Shown in pieces: positions 25,760 to 36,476 of a DNA stretch of 64,000 nt. Origin of the DNA: Candidatus Nomurabacteria bacterium (GTDB lineage: Bacteria > Patescibacteriota > Patescibacteriia > HK-STAS-PATE-3); contig CP060223.1 of NCBI GenBank assembly GCA_023898465.1, positions 128,001 to 192,000 of the forward strand, in the 5' to 3' direction. Below the pieces are notes generated by a model that was not told where the DNA came from, searched no databases, and worked only from the letters and a program-made list of their open reading frames with translations. How positions within the stretch are numbered: the first letter of the stretch is position 1; the number at the start of each line of letters is the position of its first letter. The position numbers and the translations under genes are program-made.

Positions 25760-28700
25760 TTCTGCCTTCTGAGCAATCAAAGAAGAAAAAGAGCGTGCGA
25801 GCAATCGCTAGTTTTCTGTTGCCAATGGTTTTACTGGTGACAGTGTTGGGAGTTGCCTTACCACGAGAAAGCAAAGCTCAAATTGGCGCAGTTGGCAGTT
25901 TGGCGGGATTTATTTGGAAGGAAGTAAAAGATTCAGCCCGTTATATTGCCACGCAGGCAAAAGCTGCTTTTGAAAAAGCTCAGGATACCAGTTACGCCAT
26001 TGCGTTTAAGAATAGCTTACGAGTTTTCTTAGGTAAGGTGGCAGAAGATACCGCCGTGTGGGTTTCCAGTGCCGGGACGGGCCAAAAGCCGCTCTTCATC
26101 ACTGATCCGCATTATTGGCGAAATTTGACCGATGCGGCTGGCGGCGACTTTTTGGATTCTATTTCCAAAGATGTTTTTGGAGTAAGTCTGTGTGAGCCGC
26201 TCGATGTGCAAAAGAAGGTTCAACTAGAAATTGCCACCCGCAATCTTATCAATCCTTTAAACGTGTGTGAGAACAGTTGTAACACGACATACAACAATAC
26301 AGCCGAGCAGCTAGGGAACATGAAATCGTATCTTGATCTTCAAGAACGTAAATCACAAGCAAGTCCGAATGCGCTTACCTATTGTCCTGATGAAGAGTTT
26401 CTGCTTGGCATTAGCACTCCAGACAATCCGAATGATCCCTCAACCTATGGCACACAGATGTCAGAGCTTGAGTGTTTTCAACTCATCTCAAACAACTACA
26501 ATCGTCGAAGGCAGCAGGCGACTTCAGAATTGACCTCATGTTTGCAAGATTGTAATCGCGGATCTCGTAAGTCATCCTGTACCGCAACCGCAGTATGGGG
26601 AAACATTCGAGACATTCAGGATTTCTCAGTAGAATTTCAAACTTACTTTAAGCCTGAGCAAAATGATATTGGTCAGATTCTTACCCTTTTCGGCTTGACT
26701 CAGCAAGCAGAAGAAGAGGCGAAGATTGCCGAAGAGACAATTCAGAATAGTAAGTTAGGCGCGGTAACTTCAACGCTTCGTACAGACATCCTTACCCCGG
26801 CCAGCTTGGTAGAAGAAAAAGCAGCCCAGCCTATTCGAGAGTCTTCAACAATTGATACTACGCAAACCGGATCCTTACTCGCTGATGTGGGTAATATTTT
26901 TGCGAACACCTTAACGCAGCGTTTAATGGAGAGATTCTTCCGCAGTAAGTGTGGATTAAATCCAAGCGCATGCGAGGGCCCAGGCCAAACAGACTCCAAA
27001 CTCGGCTCCTTACTCTTTAGCACACGGACTCCAAGCGGTCTGGCAGCTGCGCGACTCCAGTTCGCCAGCTTAGCTCGAATCGATTACACAACAGGAGATC
27101 CAGGTCGTTCACAAATAGCAGTATCAAATCAATTAGAAGCGCAAGGTATAATTAATTCCGGTTTCCGACAGGCTATTGATGAGCACATGACAGTGCGAGA
27201 AGCGTTGAACGCCGGCTTGCTAAATGCCAGCGCAACCTTTGGCTACGACGAAACAGACAATGAAGCGGAAAATGGAATTCCATACCGCTCCATCCTTTAT
27301 CTGCGTAAATATCGAGTCGTCCCTGTTGGCTGGGAGTTGGCCGCTGTGTATATCGGTTCAGATGCAGATAGACAGTCACATGGCTTAGGCGAACTCGTCG
27401 ACCTCTATGATTGGTGTGGACAGGACGCTGCACATGGTTTACCAAATCCAGATGATCCAGAGACACCATTGCCTTCACCATTCTGCGGATTGGTTGACCC
27501 GAGTTGGGTATTAAAAGCTCCTGACACGTACTGTCGACGTCAGGGCGCTGGTGATGAAATTATCCAACGTCGCTATGTGTGTGACACTGATACCAATGGC
27601 GATGGTCGAATTAATTGTAGCCTGAGCGATTTGGGTGGAGGGGATATTGGCTCCTGGATTATTTCACGAAATCAAGATACCTGCGTTGATGAGCCTAGCT
27701 GTGTGGCCGAAGATAGTGATGGGAATTGTCTCGCCTATGGATATTGCTATGAAGAAAAGCCGATTTGGCGTTTCGGCGGTGAAACCTGTAACGGGTACTA
27801 TGCTTCTTGTCGATCTTATACAAATTCAAGTGGCATTCAACTCGCTTACTTAAAAGATACCCTTGATGAGGGCGATTGTAATCCAGAGAATGCCGGTTGT
27901 CGCGCGTACTGCAGCGATGGCGAATACAATGCCGTAAATCAGACCTGGAGTTGTCGCTCTGATTCAGGTGATACTATATACTTTGATCGGGACGCGAGCT
28001 CATGTCCAGATGGTGCGGTTGGATGTACTGAATTAATTCGCACCGAAGCTGGATCAAACGTTTTAGCAAACGCTGGATTTGAATACTATACAGGTACCAG
28101 CGATGACGGCACTCGAGATACTTTTGGCTTCTGCAGTAATAATGGCGCTGCCTGTCAAACCAATGGAGACTGTGGACTCGGGGCAAGTTGTGAAGGTTGG
28201 AAAACTGATAACGGTGCCGTCCAACTACAAGCAGTCAGCGATGATGTGAGTGGCGTTGGTTCACCAGACACCATTGCAGTGCAAATGAGCGCCGGGGTTG
28301 GCAAGCTCATTCACGAAGCTGATGCCTATCAAGATTTGAGCGGCATGCAGATGACTTTCTCATACTACGCAAAAGCGCTTGGAGCAAGTTGTAGCGGCAC
28401 CTTTGGCGTACAAAGCGCTGATGCAATTTATGTGCCAGCCGCTGATGAAGAGGGTAGCGCTGAGTACACCGATCTCTGGCAGCAATATGCTGGAGTCTTC
28501 ACCTTCCCAGAATCAGCTTATACTAAGAGTAAGGTGCAGGCGTACATAAATAATCCGGGCTGCGGTATTTTGGTTGACTCAGCTAAATTAGAATTTAGTG
28601 CTGCGCAAACAGTGTACTCGGATTATCAGACGGTGAATGAAATTTCCATGCAAGTTCCACAGACCACTCTGCTGTCCAACGGAGACTTCAGCTTAGATGA

Positions 28701-31700
28701 TGGAACTGACTTCTTTAGCTACCCAGCCCCAGTTGATGGAGATAACTCTACCGCAGATGACAATATTCCAGACGGCTGGACACCACGAGCAGTAGGAAGT
28801 ATCGCAATTGATCGCACGCAAGGCCACTTTGATGATGAATCACTTCGGATTGACGCTAGTGGAGTGCGTAGCTATGCGGGCCAGCTTGTTCCAGTTGAAC
28901 AAGGTAAAACCTATGAAGTGAGCGGTTGGGTAAAGAGTCAATTGACTCCAAGTGGTGGTGATACTCCATTTGGCGCACTCATGACCGAATGTGTGTACAG
29001 TGCCAGCCATCCAAATGCTTACGAAACATTTAATCCTTCGGCTGATGAGCCAAGCGAGTGTCTCTTGTCTAACTTCGAAACCTACATTCGTCCTTCAGTT
29101 GAAGACGGTAACAATTATTATGTAACAACTGGGACGAGCGACTGGACTTATCTCCGCTATACCGTGACCGCAAATAATCCTGATATCGGCTTTATGCGAG
29201 TTGCTTGTACAAATGTGTCTCAGGATACAGGAGGCATTCAAGCTGATGGTTCTGGTACGGTTTGGTGTGATGATGTGAAGGTGGTGGAAACTCCACTAAG
29301 TTGTGACCGCGAAGAAGTTGGTTGTCAAAAATATCGACCAGTTGGGGCTGGTGATGCCGTAAATGGCGTAGTGCGTTCCAGCGACATTTGTCCGCTTGAT
29401 CAGGTTGGTTGCCGCCAATTCCGTGAAATGCCGATTGAACATGTGCCTCAGCGTGATGGCATTGATCCAGTCTACATTATTGAAAGTTCGGGAAACCAAT
29501 GTACAGCTGCCAGTGTGGGTTGTGAGGAATACACTAACCTTGACCTGGGTGAGTCAGGCGGAGAAGCCTTAGCGTACTTCTCACAAATTAAACAGTGTGT
29601 GAAGCCGACAGATCCAAACGCAGGTAACTTCTATACTTGGGAAGGTAGCGAACAAGCTGGTTATAACCTTCGTGCATACAAACTTCTCACGAGTAATGTT
29701 GATCAAGGTCCATGTACAAATCTTTCGGTCGGTACAACTACCAGCGATCCAATCTGTGAAGACGATAGCAATCCAATCGCTGAGTGTAGTGTGGATGACC
29801 TAGGCGTGAACCCTGATTGTACTGAATACTTTAACGATTCCGGCGAAGTCTTTTATCGCTTGAAGAGTCGAACAGTCACCGTCTCCAATGATTGTCACCC
29901 ATTCCGTAATTCAATTGACGCAGCTGCAGGTGAGGATAGTGTGTATCACGTGATTCCGAGCGAAGCAGTCACTTGTTCCGCCGCTGCAGCTGGTTGTCGT
30001 CAGTACAAGGGAACAACTGCAGATAGTAGCCGTACCGTCTACAATGAGAATTTTGAAAACGGCTCGGTGAACGGTTGGAGTGGGGGCGTGACCTATTCAA
30101 ATGAGTCAGTTAACTTAGGCGGTCACTCCATGCGCACGAGCGACGACACTCTTTTCTCAATCGATCTCTCAAACACCATTACTAACGGCCGAACCTACAG
30201 TATTCAGTTCTCCTATAAGGCTCGGCAGACCGGTGACCTAGCCTTTCAAATTCGCGATGAGCTAGGCGAGAGCTTTGGCAGCACGGTAGCTATTCGGCCG
30301 GGTGAAGAATGGGCGCAGTATGAGCTCGGACCAGTCTTTGTGAATTCAACCGGCGACCCGACCGAGTTTATCTTAGAATTTACCACTCCTTCAAGCCTAC
30401 CAGGCGGGTGGATCGATAATATTAAATTACGCGAATCAGTTGACAGTATTTATCGTATCAAGGGTACGACCTCGTCCTGTGATCCAGCAAATGCCGGATG
30501 TCGCCTCTATGTTGATAGCGCAAATAGCCCGGTGGCAGTTACCTCATTTAGTCATCTCTGCTCTGATCGGGCAGTCGGCTGTGAGGCAATGACAGTGACG
30601 CAAAATTCAGATTATCCTTTTGTGCAGGATGTACAAGATAATCCTGATAAGTTTATTCAAGGTGATCTGACTCTCGCGTATGTAAACTCCTCAAGCGCTT
30701 ATTGTCGGGCAGAGTACCAGGGCTGTACTGAGTATGGCGTTGCTTCCTATGATCAAAATAATGAAGTACTTGCATGGTCAAGCACGAATTTGATTAATGA
30801 TCCAGACACTTATCCGGTAGCACTTTGTCATCCGAGTCAGAATCGCTGTGAAGAGTACACCGAGAGTATTAGTGGCAGTAAGGCCTATTTCCGCGATCCA
30901 GGCAATCAAACCTGTGAATATCGTGAATCAGCTGCCTATGCTGGATTATTAGTAGACGGTTGGTTTATCACGGGCACAAATGAGCCATGTCCATCACAGT
31001 CGTTGACTTGCTTCGGCGGCACTCTGGCTGGTGAACCGTGTATGACGTCGGATCAGCAGCAAGCTTGTCTAAACAATAATGGCTACTGTATCGCCTATCC
31101 ATTAGACGGAGAAGTGAAAGAGGTAAATCTTATCTGTGGTTCAACCTGTTCAACTGGTGGATCAGTTGGTCAGGCTTGTGTGAATAATGGTCAATGCTCG
31201 AATGTGTGTGTAGGCGGCACGAATGCTGGTGCATCTTGTCTACGCAATGATGATTGTGGTGGAGGTGGTACCTGTGAGATAGGGCAGTGCGGTGATGGTG
31301 GTGTGCGGCCTTTCTGTGATGGTCGTCAAACCGGATCAACTCGACAAGATCAGGAAAATTGTTTGGCTGATGATGGGCTCTGTACGGCCATTCCTCAGGT
31401 AGGTCAGCCAGGGCGAACCTGTCAGGGTGGTCCAAACGACGGCCTGTCTTGTGCCAATGATGCATACTGTTCCAGTGTTTGTGCTGGTGGTACAAATGCT
31501 GATAACGCTTGCTTTAACGATAGCGATTGTCCAGGGAGTACCTGTGGCGTGGAAGCGAGTTGTGCAAATTACTGGGTTGGCACCTGCGAGCCGGCCGCTG
31601 CGGGATGTACGGAATTCCGTGACCCTCTTGATCCGCCGCAACAAGGAGCCTATCCAAATGGTTGTCAGGTGAATTGTACGCTGGCCACTGACCGTAATGA

Positions 31701-31896
31701 TAATCTCATTGAGGTAGATGCTGAGTGTCGACCTGGCTCAACAGCAGCGTCACAACCTGGCTGTCAGCCTTACTACATCTTGCGGCAAAGTATTACTTCG
31801 CAAGTTTCCGAATGTAATTCAACTATTGATTTCACTACCGGGTGTCAGCCATTCTATGACACCGCTAATCCAAATGCTAATTTTATAGGGGGTTAA
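25756..31896 (+). CDS. giant secreted Cys-rich surface protein (2046 aa)
   Basis: N-terminal signal/TM segment (IASFLLPMVLLVTVLGVAL). Long uninterrupted ORF with a 4 nt overlap with the upstream gene. Many Cys-containing modules. The C-terminus has tandem CxxxxC/GG-rich modules. Confidence 0.8.
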   Translation: MILPSEQSKKKKSVRAIASFLLPMVLLVTVLGVALPRESKAQIGAVGSLAGFIWKEVKDSARYIATQAKAAFEKAQDTSYAIAFKNSLRVFLGKVAEDTAVWVSSAGTGQKPLFITDPHYWRNLTDAAGGDFLDSISKDVFGVSLCEPLDVQKKVQLEIATRNLINPLNVCENSCNTTYNNTAEQLGNMKSYLDLQERKSQASPNALTYCPDEEFLLGISTPDNPNDPSTYGTQMSELECFQLISNNYNRRRQQATSELTSCLQDCNRGSRKSSCTATAVWGNIRDIQDFSVEFQTYFKPEQNDIGQILTLFGLTQQAEEEAKIAEETIQNSKLGAVTSTLRTDILTPASLVEEKAAQPIRESSTIDTTQTGSLLADVGNIFANTLTQRLMERFFRSKCGLNPSACEGPGQTDSKLGSLLFSTRTPSGLAAARLQFASLARIDYTTGDPGRSQIAVSNQLEAQGIINSGFRQAIDEHMTVREALNAGLLNASATFGYDETDNEAENGIPYRSILYLRKYRVVPVGWELAAVYIGSDADRQSHGLGELVDLYDWCGQDAAHGLPNPDDPETPLPSPFCGLVDPSWVLKAPDTYCRRQGAGDEIIQRRYVCDTDTNGDGRINCSLSDLGGGDIGSWIISRNQDTCVDEPSCVAEDSDGNCLAYGYCYEEKPIWRFGGETCNGYYASCRSYTNSSGIQLAYLKDTLDEGDCNPENAGCRAYCSDGEYNAVNQTWSCRSDSGDTIYFDRDASSCPDGAVGCTELIRTEAGSNVLANAGFEYYTGTSDDGTRDTFGFCSNNGAACQTNGDCGLGASCEGWKTDNGAVQLQAVSDDVSGVGSPDTIAVQMSAGVGKLIHEADAYQDLSGMQMTFSYYAKALGASCSGTFGVQSADAIYVPAADEEGSAEYTDLWQQYAGVFTFPESAYTKSKVQAYINNPGCGILVDSAKLEFSAAQTVYSDYQTVNEISMQVPQTTLLSNGDFSLDDGTDFFSYPAPVDGDNSTADDNIPDGWTPRAVGSIAIDRTQGHFDDESLRIDASGVRSYAGQLVPVEQGKTYEVSGWVKSQLTPSGGDTPFGALMTECVYSASHPNAYETFNPSADEPSECLLSNFETYIRPSVEDGNNYYVTTGTSDWTYLRYTVTANNPDIGFMRVACTNVSQDTGGIQADGSGTVWCDDVKVVETPLSCDREEVGCQKYRPVGAGDAVNGVVRSSDICPLDQVGCRQFREMPIEHVPQRDGIDPVYIIESSGNQCTAASVGCEEYTNLDLGESGGEALAYFSQIKQCVKPTDPNAGNFYTWEGSEQAGYNLRAYKLLTSNVDQGPCTNLSVGTTTSDPICEDDSNPIAECSVDDLGVNPDCTEYFNDSGEVFYRLKSRTVTVSNDCHPFRNSIDAAAGEDSVYHVIPSEAVTCSAAAAGCRQYKGTTADSSRTVYNENFENGSVNGWSGGVTYSNESVNLGGHSMRTSDDTLFSIDLSNTITNGRTYSIQFSYKARQTGDLAFQIRDELGESFGSTVAIRPGEEWAQYELGPVFVNSTGDPTEFILEFTTPSSLPGGWIDNIKLRESVDSIYRIKGTTSSCDPANAGCRLYVDSANSPVAVTSFSHLCSDRAVGCEAMTVTQNSDYPFVQDVQDNPDKFIQGDLTLAYVNSSSAYCRAEYQGCTEYGVASYDQNNEVLAWSSTNLINDPDTYPVALCHPSQNRCEEYTESISGSKAYFRDPGNQTCEYRESAAYAGLLVDGWFITGTNEPCPSQSLTCFGGTLAGEPCMTSDQQQACLNNNGYCIAYPLDGEVKEVNLICGSTCSTGGSVGQACVNNGQCSNVCVGGTNAGASCLRNDDCGGGGTCEIGQCGDGGVRPFCDGRQTGSTRQDQENCLADDGLCTAIPQVGQPGRTCQGGPNDGLSCANDAYCSSVCAGGTNADNACFNDSDCPGSTCGVEASCANYWVGTCEPAAAGCTEFRDPLDPPQQGAYPNGCQVNCTLATDRNDNLIEVDAECRPGSTAASQPGCQPYYILRQSITSQVSECNSTIDFTTGCQPFYDTANPNANFIGG
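31130..31550 (+). repeat. tandem Cys/Gly-rich modules within the C-terminus of the 2046 aa protein
   Basis: Two similar modules: CGSTCSTGGSVGQACVNNGQCSNVCVGGTNAGASCLRNDDCGGGGTC and CQGGPNDGLSCANDAYCSSVCAGGTNADNACFNDSDCPGSTCG. Confidence 0.5.
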
Positions 31897-31897
31897 T

Positions 31898-34800
31898 ATG
31901 CATAATGCGCAGAAAGGAATTTTTACTCGATTCTCGATAAGCTTGGTTGCGGTTGCTACCCTCGCATTATTTGGAATTATAGGGTGGAGTGCGCCTACGC
32001 ATGCGTACACTGTCACCGATTATAATATTGGAATGAGAAATGCTTTCGTTACATACGATGGCACTAACCTTTGGTTTGCTAGTAGTGACGACGATGTGGT
32101 GAAGCGCGTGAATCCAGCTAATGGACAAGTTACTTCCACCTATCCAGTTGCTGAATACTTCACACCGAGTGGTATACATTGGGATGGACAATATGTTTGG
32201 GTAAAAAATAAAGTTGACACCTCCGAATATCAGCTCATGCGAATTGATGGGTCAAGTAATATTTATTTACCAGGCCCTCTCGGCGGTTTTTTCCCAATTG
32301 CTGAAAATTATCCAGATCCTTTTGCTCGATATCAAAGCGATAGATTCTTTGCGCGAAATGGCACAAACACATATCACGATAGTATTTATCGAGTTGACGC
32401 AAGCGGAAACATCCTTGTTGAGGATTCACTTTATAGTGGGGGAAATAGCGAATACCGTCATGATGGGCTTCATGTTATTGACGGTTCCACGGTACTTGAT
32501 TTCTATACCCGCTTTATACCGGGAACCACTACCTCCCCAGTAGATTTCGGTTTTGTGAAACGCAATAGGACAACCCTTGATGAAGTTGGGTCCAGATGTG
32601 TTTTTCATTCACCTAGCTCGATGCAGCTCCGGGCTGGGGTAAGTATTTGGGATGGTACATACGCCTGGTTTTTCGTTAACGATACAAACTTAGGAAAATT
32701 TGTAAAAAAGTTTGATCCAAATAACTGTACGCCGGTATTTTCAACTACAGGCGTAGGTTCTTATGGTTATATTGATGCGACCTACGATGGTGGGCAAAAC
32801 ATTTATGCCATGAAGGAGGCAAATCGCATTATCATCGAGCGTTGGGATAAAGACACCAATACGTATTCAGAGATTGTAAATAGAGATTGTAGCGTTTGCC
32901 GCCCGCTAAAGATTCAGAAGGTGGGAGATAGTTTGTGGGTTACTTATCAAGATGAAGATGGCGGTAAAGTAACCAAGTTCGATTTTTCTGAAGATGCAAG
33001 CCTGACTATTACCTCAGGTCCAAATGCTTCTCCGGTCAATTCTCGCGACGCTACCGTTACTTGGGCAACAAATCTTAATGCCGATTCCCGGGTTGATTTT
33101 GGCACCACAACCGCATACGGGAGTTACCGTACAGACTTTACCGACACAACGAGTCACAGTATTTTTATTAACGGCTTACAACCAAACACGGTATACCATT
33201 ATAAGGTAACTTCTTGTAATGATTACATTTGTGTTTCATCAAGTGATAGGCAATTCACCACAACTGCCTTGCAAGCTCCGGTGGTAACTATTACCGACCC
33301 GACTGATGGGCAAGAAATTCCCACCTCGACATATACCATGATCGGTAATGCGCACGATAACGACGGACTCATTACCAATGCCGCCTATCGAGTATGTTTG
33401 AATAACTGTACTAGTGAGTCATATTCAACCATTGCGAATCCAAACCAAGCTAACTATAACATTAGCAAGTCAATAAGCTTTTCTGGCTATGGTACTTTCC
33501 ATATTCAGGTGCGGGCTCGTGATAATGACAACCTCGAATCAGTAGCTTCAATACATGTACATCGAGGTGCGACACCTGTGGTGAATATTACCAGCCACAC
33601 CAATGGTCAATTGGTTGATACTACTACTATTGATATTTCCGGTAGCGCAACTGACGCCGATGATGCTATTACAACCCCGATGCGGGTTAGTGTGAACGGG
33701 GGAGCTTTCCAAAATATCCCCATTACTTCGAGCCAGAACGTAAGCTGGGGACCTAAAACCATCACTCTTGACTTGGGTGGTAATACCATTCGAGTTGAGG
33801 CTACAGATGCAAGTGGAAATGTTGGCTTCAAGCAAATTGTGGTAAATCGTGGCACGCCGCCAACTGTTGATATTACTTCCCATAATGATGGTGATGAAGT
33901 ACATAGTAGCTCAGTGGCACTATCCGGTACGGCATCTGATAGCGACGGCACAGTGAATCAGGTGCAGGTTCGCGTCAATGGCGGTGCGTGGAGTAATGCC
34001 TCTGGCACGAGTAGTTGGTCAAAATCAATTACCGTGAGTGCTGGGTCAAACTTGGTTGAGGTGCGGGCTCGTGATAATGACAGTCTCTATGGCTATGATC
34101 AGGTAACGCTAATCTATACGATCCCTGATTATACCTTTGAGTTAATCTCCGATAGCCCGCTCACGAAACAACGAGGAGAAAACGCAGAATATACCTTCCG
34201 ATTAAGCGGTATAAATGGATGGAGCACGGCGGTGAATTTAACCGTTGATCAGCGAGATGGCGTTCCAGTGGGTAATTTCACCTGGAGTCGAACAAGTGTG
34301 ACTCCTGATGCAGATGGTGAAGAAGTTACTTTGACCGTTACCACCTCAAACTTAAATCCATCAAGCAGTCCCTTTAATATGCGCGCTAAGGCTGATAAAC
34401 AAGGTGGCGGTAATATTAAGTACGCAAACTTTGATCTGATTTTGACTGATGGACCTGACTTTACCCTGAGCTCTCCAGACACCAGCGAAACTATTCAACC
34501 AGGACAACAAGCACATTATGTCTTGAATTTGGTTGAATCAGTGCCGAGTTATACTTTCCCGGTTGCCTTAACGACTGATTCAATTACCAAGCCGACCGGC
34601 GGCGATCCAGCTGACCTCACTATAAATTACGCCCCTGCTTCAACAACACCAACACCGCATGGCGCTGGGACGTCAGCAGTAACCATTTCAACCGCCAGCG
34701 ATATTCAGGTTGGCACATGGGTGGTAAAAGTGAAGGCAAGTGGAAGCGACCCGCTCTCCCGCATTAAATATCTTGACCTCACGATTATCATTGGTGACGC

Positions 34801-36469
34801 GCCTGACTTCGAGATTACTGCAACACCTTTGACGCAAATAGGTGAGTTCGGTGGCACAGTAACCTACACCTTAAACTTGCGTGAAACTATTCCTGAATAC
34901 ACCTGGCCAGTCGCGGTAACCTTAGATCAGGTATGGGGAAATGATGAAGGCGATCAAAGTAGCAAAATTACCACGACAAGCTTGCCACAAAATGTGACTC
35001 CCGGTGATTCTGCCGGACCTGGTACAAATCAAAATGTAGTAATTAACATTGCAGCAGACGCGCCGGCGGATACCTACACCTTAACCTTTAAAGGTGCTGG
35101 GACAGATCCACTAAATAAGACACATTTTGTGACTGTCGAGCTTGTGTTGCAAGATGTCGACTTTGACATTTATCACACTCAAGGCAGTACCTACCTTCAA
35201 ATTCAAAAAGGCACTTACCGTATATGGGACATAAAAGTAAAATCAATTAACGGTTTTACTGAGCCAGTGCGGACGACCTTAGAGGATGAATGGCCAAATG
35301 ATCCAGAAGCCTGGGATCATATTGCTGCTGAGTTTGTGAACAGCGGCACAAAAGAAATTATTGTCATACCTCCAGCTGACGGTGAAGTAGACGCTTCAGT
35401 TATCATTCGACCTGGTGGAAATACCCCGTGTGGCTTTTATCACATTACTGCGCGCGGTCGGGACGATCAAGTAGTTGGCCCACCTGATACCGCACATAGT
35501 GTCTTGGTAAAATTTGAAGTTGTTGGTTGTGAAGAAGAGGATACTGAGCCGCCAGTCATTGATCCAGCGCAGATTTCTTGCAGCCCGGATGTTGATAGAA
35601 TTACGGTCAACTGGACAACTGACGAGCCGGCCAATGGTACGCTCTTCTATGGCACAAATAATCCGCCAACTGGATCGAAAGCAGAAAATAATGGTCTGGT
35701 TACCAGCCACAGCGTTACGGCAACAGGCTTAAATCAAAATACGACCTACTATTATCAGGTGCAGTCGTGTGATGAGGCAGGCAACTGCAGTGAAAAGATC
35801 CCAGTTCCACCGGGCACATGTCAAACAACAGAATTTATTGACAATGAAGCGCCAGTTGTCAGCTGGGTCGAGCCAAGTGATGGTCAGACCGTCAGCGGTA
35901 CTATTGCTATGAAAGTGAGCGCGACGGATAATATTGGTATTCAGGATGTTCGCTTCCTGGTAGATGGCGCACTCATCAGCACAGATACAAACCCGCCAGG
36001 CTGCGATCCATATTATTGCTATACTACCTGGGATACCACCTTATACTCAGATGGTAATCATTCATTAACCGCAACCGCTCGCGACACTGCAGGTAATCCA
36101 AGCTCTCGAACCATTGTCGTTACAGTTATTAACGACACGACAGGGCCAATGTGTAGCAACTTAAGCTATGAGGTGGGCGCTACATGGGCAAATATTAGCT
36201 GGAGCACGAGCGAAAATTCTGATTCTCGCGTATACTATTGTCGAGAGGGCTATCCTGGAGAACCAGAAACCTGTGGCAATTGCGGCAGTGATGGATATTG
36301 CGCAAATGATCAGCGCGGACCTGACTGCTATTATTGTCAGGCTCAGATTCGTAACGAAAGCGTCATAAGTCACTTAGTTACCTTGAGCGACCTTAACCCT
36401 GGATCCCCGTATCATTTCATGGCTGAGTCATGTGATGATGCTGGAAATTGCGGCCAATGCGGCGGCTAG
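31898..36469 (+). CDS. giant secreted protein with Ig-like/Fn3-like tandem domains (1523 aa)
   Basis: Signal peptide (ISLVAVATLALFGIIGWSAPTHA). GGGGG ribosome-binding site 7 nt upstream. Repeated beta-sandwich modules and Fn3-like segments (NTVYHYKVTSCND; NTTYYYQVQSCDEAGN). The C-terminus is Cys-rich. Confidence 0.8.
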   Translation: MHNAQKGIFTRFSISLVAVATLALFGIIGWSAPTHAYTVTDYNIGMRNAFVTYDGTNLWFASSDDDVVKRVNPANGQVTSTYPVAEYFTPSGIHWDGQYVWVKNKVDTSEYQLMRIDGSSNIYLPGPLGGFFPIAENYPDPFARYQSDRFFARNGTNTYHDSIYRVDASGNILVEDSLYSGGNSEYRHDGLHVIDGSTVLDFYTRFIPGTTTSPVDFGFVKRNRTTLDEVGSRCVFHSPSSMQLRAGVSIWDGTYAWFFVNDTNLGKFVKKFDPNNCTPVFSTTGVGSYGYIDATYDGGQNIYAMKEANRIIIERWDKDTNTYSEIVNRDCSVCRPLKIQKVGDSLWVTYQDEDGGKVTKFDFSEDASLTITSGPNASPVNSRDATVTWATNLNADSRVDFGTTTAYGSYRTDFTDTTSHSIFINGLQPNTVYHYKVTSCNDYICVSSSDRQFTTTALQAPVVTITDPTDGQEIPTSTYTMIGNAHDNDGLITNAAYRVCLNNCTSESYSTIANPNQANYNISKSISFSGYGTFHIQVRARDNDNLESVASIHVHRGATPVVNITSHTNGQLVDTTTIDISGSATDADDAITTPMRVSVNGGAFQNIPITSSQNVSWGPKTITLDLGGNTIRVEATDASGNVGFKQIVVNRGTPPTVDITSHNDGDEVHSSSVALSGTASDSDGTVNQVQVRVNGGAWSNASGTSSWSKSITVSAGSNLVEVRARDNDSLYGYDQVTLIYTIPDYTFELISDSPLTKQRGENAEYTFRLSGINGWSTAVNLTVDQRDGVPVGNFTWSRTSVTPDADGEEVTLTVTTSNLNPSSSPFNMRAKADKQGGGNIKYANFDLILTDGPDFTLSSPDTSETIQPGQQAHYVLNLVESVPSYTFPVALTTDSITKPTGGDPADLTINYAPASTTPTPHGAGTSAVTISTASDIQVGTWVVKVKASGSDPLSRIKYLDLTIIIGDAPDFEITATPLTQIGEFGGTVTYTLNLRETIPEYTWPVAVTLDQVWGNDEGDQSSKITTTSLPQNVTPGDSAGPGTNQNVVINIAADAPADTYTLTFKGAGTDPLNKTHFVTVELVLQDVDFDIYHTQGSTYLQIQKGTYRIWDIKVKSINGFTEPVRTTLEDEWPNDPEAWDHIAAEFVNSGTKEIIVIPPADGEVDASVIIRPGGNTPCGFYHITARGRDDQVVGPPDTAHSVLVKFEVVGCEEEDTEPPVIDPAQISCSPDVDRITVNWTTDEPANGTLFYGTNNPPTGSKAENNGLVTSHSVTATGLNQNTTYYYQVQSCDEAGNCSEKIPVPPGTCQTTEFIDNEAPVVSWVEPSDGQTVSGTIAMKVSATDNIGIQDVRFLVDGALISTDTNPPGCDPYYCYTTWDTTLYSDGNHSLTATARDTAGNPSSRTIVVTVINDTTGPMCSNLSYEVGATWANISWSTSENSDSRVYYCREGYPGEPETCGNCGSDGYCANDQRGPDCYYCQAQIRNESVISHLVTLSDLNPGSPYHFMAESCDDAGNCGQCGG
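33270..34120 (+). repeat. three tandem ~95 aa Ig-like domain repeats (coding)
   Basis: Repeats begin PVVTITDPTDGQEI / TPVVNITSHTNGQLV / TPPTVDITSHNDGDEV. Each ends with an ...VRARDNDxL motif. Confidence 0.55.
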
Positions 36470-36476
36470 ATATATC

